64,000 nt of DNA from Chrysomallon squamiferum. Taxonomy: Eukaryota > Animalia > Mollusca. Below are positions 17,756 through 64,000 of this stretch, in pieces (position 1 is the first letter of the stretch; the number at the start of each line of letters is the position of its first letter). Under the pieces are notes generated by a model. That model ran no database searches and was not told the origin of the DNA. It was given only the letters and a program-made list of their open reading frames with translations. Position numbers and translations under genes: made by a program. Location: contig CM022674.1 of NCBI GenBank assembly GCA_012295275.1, positions 3,038,001 to 3,102,000 on the forward strand, read 5' to 3'.

Positions 17756-18488
17756 ATTATTAAATATTAAATTGTAATGCATGTTTGCATTATGGAGACA
17801 TAATTTAAAGTATACATGGTCGATAAATACGATTTAAATTATTTACATTATTGGAAAAAAAAAATATATATACAAGTTAAGCTGAGCTAAAAATTACTAT
17901 CTACAGTATTAACAGAACAGAGGATAACTGTGATTACAAACACGAGAAAAAGCCAAGAGAAAAAAAAACAGCGGAAAAAAAGAAGAAAAAAGGATATCAA
18001 AGAATGAGACAAGCGAGAGATATACAAAAACATGCACAACATTTTCATATGCACAGCCAGGCACAATTACAGAAGGTGATGGTAGGAGAAGCAATATTTG
18101 TTCTAATATATCTAAACAGGCTGTTACAAATCAGTATCCTAATATAAATATAAACATGCACATTGAAATGCATGCACACATAATTATGTATACACACAGA
18201 TATGCACATTAATACAAACAAGCATTCATTCATTCATGCTAACATACACATACATACATACATACATACATGCATGCATACATACATACATGCATATATT
18301 CATTCATTTATTAATTGATACAAACAGACATACACATGCATGCAGACACACACACATACACATAAAAACATATACACACAGAACACGAACACACACAAAT
18401 AAAAAGCACTAAATATGCACTTAAACATACAATATTCAAATACATGCTAATTAACGCGCAAACAAAACGTGAGGTTTGTGTAACTCAC

Positions 18489-18660
18489 CTCTTTCTCGCT
18501 CTCTCTCGTTTGCCCTCTTCAAACACGACACTGATTCAACAACAAACAGAGAAATTACTGCTGCTGTAGGTCGAGTGTTGTTAGTTCGTGTGCACTCGTT
18601 AGTTTGTTTTGTTTCTTCCTTGAAGTCCACGAGATATCCACATTTACCTGTCCTGGCTAA
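18489..18660 (-). other. Candidate 5'UTR exon of the cyclase-family gene (5' boundary approximate)
   Basis: Consensus donor AG|GTGAGT at 18489/18488 in non-repetitive sequence. The coding exon starts with an acceptor only 2 nt before the ATG, so an upstream non-coding exon is likely. Confidence 0.45.
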
Positions 18661-18997
18661 TCGTCTTTAGCGATTATGTCGAGATTAGAAAGAGGAAGAC
18701 CAGATCTGGAATTCTTAGTACGTTGTTTAAAGTGTACCTGTTTGGTGCGGATGCACTCATTTCGAATATTTCTGGACCAGATTTGTCTGATTATAAAAAA
18801 AATAATAAAACAGTTTTCTATTAAGAGATGTATAGACAGACTGAGAGAGATGTAGTAAGAAACAAACAAACGTGTAGAGAGATAAAGAGATGACATATAT
18901 TATATTTAGTCAGACAAACGCATATATATATATATATATATACGGACTGAAAGAGACAAACAAACGTTTAGAGTATTAGAGATAGATAGATAGATAA

Positions 18998-19054
<57 letters not shown>

Positions 19055-20211
19055 GAGATAGACAGACATACAACTAAGCAGAAACAGTAGTCAACTAACA
19101 GATTACACAGATAAAGCAACCGATCATTAGCAACGACTATTCACAGTCGCAAATTATCTTGACATATACGTGTGTGTTATATGTACATTTTAAGTGTTTT
19201 TAATCGTCATATATGATCGTCTTCGTCCATTCCGTTTATATAGTCTAGTTAAATGTCTTTCTCTAAATACCACCATTATAATAAAAAAAAAAAATATCAG
19301 AAATCACAAAGCATTGTCTGTTCATATTAGGGATACCTTAATAACGATGAAGATAACTAATGCATTCTCACTGTCATTAATATGTAATGGATTAAACATA
19401 GATTATCATAGATTAAAATACCAGATATATCGGAACAACAACAAAAAAAAAAACAAAAAAAAAAAAAAAATTAATTAATTAAAAAAATGAAATAAAATAA
19501 ATAAACAAACTAACAAAATAATAATAAAAAAAAAAAATAAAAAAAAAAAATAAAAAAAGAATAAAAAGAAAATAATTAATCAATAATCCAATGCTTAGAC
19601 CCTGAAGGTGCAAGTTGGGAATATTACTTTTGTTTTGGGGAAAAACAAAATAAATTCCGTTTAATGTATGACTACTATCAGTAACGAATTAGAATTCAGC
19701 AGATATAAACATTACCTCCGTAACTTTGTGTTTGATTTATGCGAATCCTTTAAGGTTTTGTTTCTGTCAAATACAGTTTTAAAACAAGAAAGGGGCGGAT
19801 TATTCTAGCGCAGAGCAACCTTGACCTTGGGGCCCATTTAGGTGTCACTGATCCAGTTGGCATAATAATAATAATAATGCTAATAGATGTAGTAATAGCA
19901 GCTGTAGTAGAGACAGAAGTAACAGTAGTTGTAGTAGTAGTAGTAGTATAAATAGCAGTAGTAGTAGTTGTAGTAGTACTAGTAGCAGCAGCAGTAGTTG
20001 TAGTAGTAGCAGTAGTAGTTGTTGTAGTAGTAGTACTAGTAGCAGCAGCCGCAGTATTAGTAGTAGTAGTAGCAGCAGTAGTTGTAGTAGTAGTAGTAGT
20101 AGCAGCAGTAGTTGTTGTTGTAGTAGTAGTAGTGGTAGTTGTAGTAGTAGTAGTAGTAGTAGTAGTACTAGTAGCAGCTGTAGTTGTAGTAGTAGTAATA
20201 GCAGCAGCAGC

Positions 20212-20248
<37 letters not shown>

Positions 20249-20399
20249 ATAATAATAACAATAATAATAACAACAAAACTAATGATAATAACAATACACC
20301 GTCGATAAAACTGACATCAGATATAAAAACATGTGGCTCGTTCCCCGCACTTTTATACAAAGAATTCATTCGGGCGTCTCCCGATTTTCGATCGACAGG

Positions 20400-20634
20400 C
20401 ACGCGACTCTGTTTTCAGTCCATCGATTTCAGACTTTACTTTTCCCATCTGCGAAGCTGTCGTTGATTATCGAAATAATCAGTGCCTGGATAAACAAACA
20501 CTCGCAGCTGTTTCTAAGATTTAACTAACACGAGAAAGAATGGACCACGCTTCGTTCCTTCGCAGCTCTGTAAAAATAAACAGTGCGCTGACGTGATTGT
20601 AAACACTTCATGGAACGCACGACTGGAAACTGAG
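20400..20634 (+). other. Candidate promoter / 5'UTR exon of the TMEM44-like gene (5' boundary approximate)
   Basis: CpG-rich unique segment ending in donor GAG|GTAAAT at 20634/20635; the first coding exon begins at an acceptor (23828). Confidence 0.35.
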
Positions 20635-20699
20635 GTAAATTTGTTTAATATTATTTTTTTTTGTTTTTGATATATTAATATATATATATATATATATGT

Positions 20700-21335
<636 letters not shown>

Positions 21336-21361
21336 ATCTGTATTATGTCCATCTGACAATT

Positions 21362-21464
<103 letters not shown>

Positions 21465-23854
21465 TTTATCTCTCTTTTTCTCTACCTGTCTGTGTATCTG
21501 TTTATCTTTCGATATACCTATCTATTTGTCTGTCTATTTGTATTTTGTTGACTATTCTTTCTTTTCTTACCTTCGTTTGTTTCTTTATTTTTCTAATCTA
21601 TCTATTTATTTATTTTATTTATTTATTTATTTATTTATTTATTTGTTTTAATTTGCTTTTGTCGTTACCGGTTGTTCTGTAATTGGTTGATTTTGTTTTG
21701 TTTTTTTTGTTTATTTCTGCTAAATTAATTATTTTCTGTCTTTTGTCTTGTTGATGCAATTGTTATTTACATTTTTGTTTTTAATATTAATTAATTAATT
21801 TAAAAAACGAAACAGAGCATTTTCTCTTAATGTCTCATTTTATTTACTATTAATATGTTTACACTTTTATTTATTTACATTTTTTTTTTATTTCTTCTTT
21901 ATTTTCTTCTTTCATTATATTTTATTAATTTTTTTTTTTCTGTTTTTGTTTCTCTATACTTATTTACCTTTTTTATTATCTTTAGAAATAACTTTCCATT
22001 AACGAAATTGAAAATATTAACATTATTGATCGAACGCATAAAATCTGTACGAACTCGATAAAGGCGAAGTACATTTGTCACCAAACAAGGTCGCATAGTA
22101 ATTTTAGTTTACCTTCTGTTGAAATTTGATCTCTCAACGCGCCAGCTGGCAATATCGGTGGTCAGTCTGTCCTTTGTTTTGTCACATAAAACTTGCATAT
22201 TTATGAGAAATTTCTCCGTTTATTGTCAGCAGTAACTTTCTACCAGGTTATTTTAGTCTTACTGTTTATGTAGAATTCACATATATATATATATATATAT
22301 ATATATGTGATAGATATGTCAACAAATACAGTTTATTTTATGTTTAATTTCTGGGAAATTATTTTTTTACTTGACGATTAGCATAATTCATATATACTGA
22401 GTCCCTTAGTGTTAAATCAACAGGTGACAATTAAATATTTCGTAAAGGATAAAAAAAGAATTTATTTTATTTTTTTCGAAAATACAAATATAAGTTCTTC
22501 TTAACAGGTAAAAAAAAAAAGAAATGAAAACAATTTTAAAAAAGCCCCCAAAACCCACCAAAATCCCCCATCCAAACCCCAAATATCAACAGAATATTAG
22601 TACATATTAATCAAACACTCTGAAATATTCAAAAGAGATCCAGACCTCTTACTAAAGTTTAAATGTCAACATTATTATTTTTTTTTTAAAACACGATTAT
22701 ACTCTGTGTGCGGTTTACGACAAATTCTACTTTTCTTATAAATATTGTACGTCACCATCCAGATTTGAACTTAAATATTCTGCACCATGAAAGAATTGTA
22801 TTTTATTCCATGGGTTGAAGCGATGTTAACCGAATGAACTAAATCAGTTTACAGCATCTCTCTCCAACAAATATTCAGGTTCATCATCGGTAGTAAACAG
22901 ACAGTTAACAATATACAGCATATGAGAGGTCAAATGGCTGAATTCTGAGTTTATCAAAAAAAAAACGTAAATCCTACTTGTACTCTGAAACAATACTGTG
23001 TAGAAAAGAGACTATCACCTACAAGTCTTGGACTAAGCTACGGAAAGAAAAGAGGTAATGATATTTATGCAAGTTAATGTATTATTTATGCAATGGAATA
23101 AACTGCGACGTTTTAGTCTAAAAACTGGACTGTACACAACGTAAGACAGCTGTATACGTTATCCGCAGATATACCAGTTAATCATTATACAAGGATCAAT
23201 TTGTTTCACCTACTGGATTGTGTTTCAGAAGAGAAGTAAGACTGTTTATAGCTGACAAAGTTTTACCCAGAAAGCTTGGTACCATCTCTTAGTCTGAAAA
23301 TGATCTGTAAACATCGCAAAATAGATATAGTTTACTTATTACATATATATAAAATACATAAATACTAATCGCAGATTGTCATATTAAGTTCAATAAAGGC
23401 ACATTATAAATCGCAAAACAGATATACCATATCTATTATATGAAACTGTATTATTATATACTGCTCAAACTATAAAGAGAGGACTGAAGACCCTACCAGA
23501 ATCTCACTTGAGACAATATTAAAATACAGACTGAATGAAACCTGTTAATAAAAATCTCACAGGACGAAAGTTATTAAAATAACATACATAAAGTGAAACC
23601 TGTTTTAAAAAAAAAAAAAAAAAAGAAGTAAAAAAACCAGTCATCTATGCTGACTGTCATATCAACATGAAGAGTTTTCAGAAGAAACTGAACATACATA
23701 CTGAAATTTAGTTATGCATAAACTCTTATAATCTTCTTCATGGACCGTTTGTTCAACAAAAATTTTATTTTATTTTTTTTTTTCCTACTTTTTTTTTTTT
23801 TCAGTTTTTTTTTTTTTTTTTTTCTAGCTATACGTCAACAATCACCAACACGTG

Positions 23855-39650
<15,796 letters not shown>

Positions 39651-39664
39651 AAGATGTGTAGCGT

Positions 39665-39959
39665 ATTTAAAACAATAATCCTACGAGTTGTCGTAATGGA
39701 AGATATTTCTATTACAGGGAATTTAAAACAATATCCTACGAGTTTTCGTAATGGAAGGCATTTCTGTTACAGTGAATTTAAAGCAATATCCTACGAGTTG
39801 TCGTAATGGAAGATATTTCTATTGCAGGCAATTTGAAACAATATCCTACGAGTTGTCGTAATGGAAGATATTTCTATTACAGGGAATTTAAAACAATATC
39901 CTACGAGTTGTCGTAATGGAAGATATTTCTGTTACAGGTGAATTTAAATCAATATCCTT
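39665..39959 (+). repeat. 55-bp minisatellite, about 5.3 copies, just after the TMEM44-like stop
   Basis: Unit ATTTAAAACAATATCCTACGAGTTGTCGTAATGGAAGATATTTCTATTACAGGGA starting near 39665, 39721, 39776, 39831, 39886 and 39942 (partial). Confidence 0.93.
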
Positions 39960-40078
39960 AGTGTTTTCGAAACAGTCAAACATTTCTGAGATACAGTGAA
40001 AAAAAATATAGAAATATTTGTTATGAATGGATTTTAAATAGTTCAAATATCATCATCATGATAAAACTGATAATGATG

Positions 40079-40112
<34 letters not shown>

Positions 40113-40411
40113 TTATTCTTATTCTTATTCTTCTTCTTATTATTATTCTTATTATTTTATAGAAAACTTAAAAAAGTATAATGAATTTTGTTTTTGCGAC
40201 AAAAAGTCTGATTTGTATAAGTAAATACAAATTTGGACAATGTGTACTTTTTACGTTTCTATGAACATTTATTACATACATATAGACACATATATAGACA
40301 GAGATACAGACAGATAGGTTAATACTAAGTGATTAACTATAAAATTTACCTATAAACAACAGATTAAGTAAACCTCATTTACTTATTTTATTATTATTGT
40401 TGTTGTTGTTG

Positions 40412-40458
<47 letters not shown>

Positions 40459-40662
40459 TTTTTTTTTAAAAGCTAAAGCAAAACAAAACAAAACAAAACA
40501 AAACAAAACATGATACGAACATCAATTAATCAGTACTAACTGAAGAAAAACACTTCTTTTTTTTTTTTTTTTTAACTTGAAATGATTGATTTCTTTAAGT
40601 GTTTCTGATTCTATTTTATTTTCTTTCATTCTATTTGTTTTATTCTCACTTTCGATCTTTCA

Positions 40663-40743
<81 letters not shown>

Positions 40744-41311
40744 CTCTTTCATTCACTCTGTTTTTTTCTCTCGTTCTTTCTTTCACTCTTTCTGTCTTTT
40801 TTTTAATCTTTTTGAAGGATTCTTGCTTGTTTATTTTTTACGTTATAAATTTATATATATTTTTTAAATTTAATATATTTTTTTCATTATTATCTGTCTT
40901 TGCATCTTACATTTTCGATTTAAAATTTTTATTTATTTATTTGCTTTATAACATTCTATGCAATAACTTCGTAATTAAACATCGTGAAAATTATGTTCGC
41001 TTTGTAAGAATAAAGATATCGTAGATAATTATTATCTCCTGATGAAATATTAATCAGTCCCTGTCTAAAACTTATTTCTAAACGAAATTATCATTATCCC
41101 TCTCTAACAATAAATAACATATTCCTCGTTAAACTAAACACATTTATGCTATATACTAATTTAAACATTTGCTAGATGTATAAATGTCAGTGAATTCTTT
41201 AATTGAAATTCGAAACGTTCCCTGATGTCAAGGACTCCTGTGACGTCATTATCAATTACGTCAACAATACTCTTACGGTAAATGTCAAAACGAGGCACAG
41301 CCGATAAACCG

Positions 41312-62845
<21,534 letters not shown>

Positions 62846-63321
62846 CTAAAACACCAGTTTTAAAAAAACAGTTAGCAAAAAAACAAAAAAACAAAAAAAT
62901 GCGGCTGTACATGTGTGAATTTATACAAATAAACATTAAAGCAGTCTCTGATAGTTTTTTTTTGTTTTTTTTCAGTAAAACGTTTTATGAATTTACATGG
63001 TAACCAGTAGGTGTAAAATGCATGCAACAAAGATGTGAGCGATTTTTTTTTCTTACTATTGGTGTAATTCTGTTTACATAATCAAATACAAATAAAAATG
63101 TGAAAAAAAAAAAAAAAAAAGAAGCATCCTTGTTTGTGTTTTAAATCTGCAAATCTGGTTTAGAAAACTCAGAATAAATTTAAATACAGTGAACGTAAGA
63201 AGATATTGCATGGTTTTTTAAATTAAATCTTGGTATCGAAGAGTTTTGTGTTATCAGTGTGTGCATACTTGTCTATGATGTTATAACTGCATAATTTTTT
63301 TTATTATTATTCTTTAATTAC

Positions 63322-63385
<64 letters not shown>

Positions 63386-63769
63386 TTATATCCATCATTT
63401 AAAGTTTCGTTGTGCTTTTTATTTTAATTTAGGTTTTTGAATGATTATGTATCGATAGCATTCATCCAATTTCGCTTCCTACTCCCTAATGATAATGATG
63501 ATGATGATGATGGTAAAGAAAGAAAGAAAATAAATAAATAAATATCAACAACAATAAAGGCAAAAACATAAAAAAAAATAAAAAAAAAAAACACGACAGA
63601 ACAGAAATAGAACATTCCCGTTGCAGTGATTTGATTCCCACTCAACTGAAAGCAATTGCGTAATTTCTGAAAAACAATAGGAACGAAGATTTAAATCATA
63701 ACTATGACGTCACGCGATTGTGATCACGCCACGTTATGTTTCCGTTAATGTACAACTTACTGGCAGGAG

Positions 63770-63809
<40 letters not shown>

Positions 63810-64000
63810 CACGGTTATCTCTGACGGACGAACGTGATTCGGACCCCCGGGCGTTTGAGGAGGGGCAGTGACCGATTAACTTTCAATCTTTTAAAAATGG
63901 CGACGGGAGTCTACGCGGGGGTGGGGAAACGAGGTCCCGTTTATTGTCCGATAAATGTAGATTTCTAACAATAAAACCGTCACAGCCACATCTGTTGTCT

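Noticed and set aside
39665-39959. CRISPR-like appearance of the palindromic 55-bp array
   Set aside because: The whole unit repeats with no unique spacers, there are no cas genes, and the context is eukaryotic.
63897-63968. Short ORF MATGVYAGVGKRGPVYCPINVDF containing GKR, within an AAAATGGCG (YY1-like) motif
   Set aside because: No signal peptide, only 23 aa and no convincing donor; not supportable as a second peptide gene.

Overview
AT-rich, extremely microsatellite-dense animal genomic DNA, most likely a mollusc or other lophotrochozoan (TTAGGG telomeric motif, NdWFamide-type neuropeptide). Almost all ORFs in the supplied track are microsatellite artefacts. Manual exon reconstruction using GT/AG phase continuity gives four spliced genes. 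(1) A 289-aa cyclase-family (kynurenine formamidase KynB / isatin hydrolase-like) metallohydrolase with a signal peptide and GPI-like tail, minus strand, 14845-16665. (2) A TMEM44-like PQ-loop-family membrane protein of about 460 aa in 11 coding exons, plus strand, 23855-39650, containing a U12-type minor intron. (3) The last four exons of a CLCN6 (ClC-6) orthologue, minus strand, 41312-62845, continuing beyond the window. (4) An 82-aa NdWFamide-family neuropeptide precursor encoding NWYamide, nested antisense inside the 19.2-kb CLCN6 intron (47893-54221) and missed by the ORF track. It may carry a second amidated peptide at its C-terminus. Also present: tRNA-derived SINEs, a hAT-like relic, duplicated interstitial telomeric repeats and several minisatellites, two of which overlap splice donors. 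Family assignments come from recalled motifs, not from database searches.
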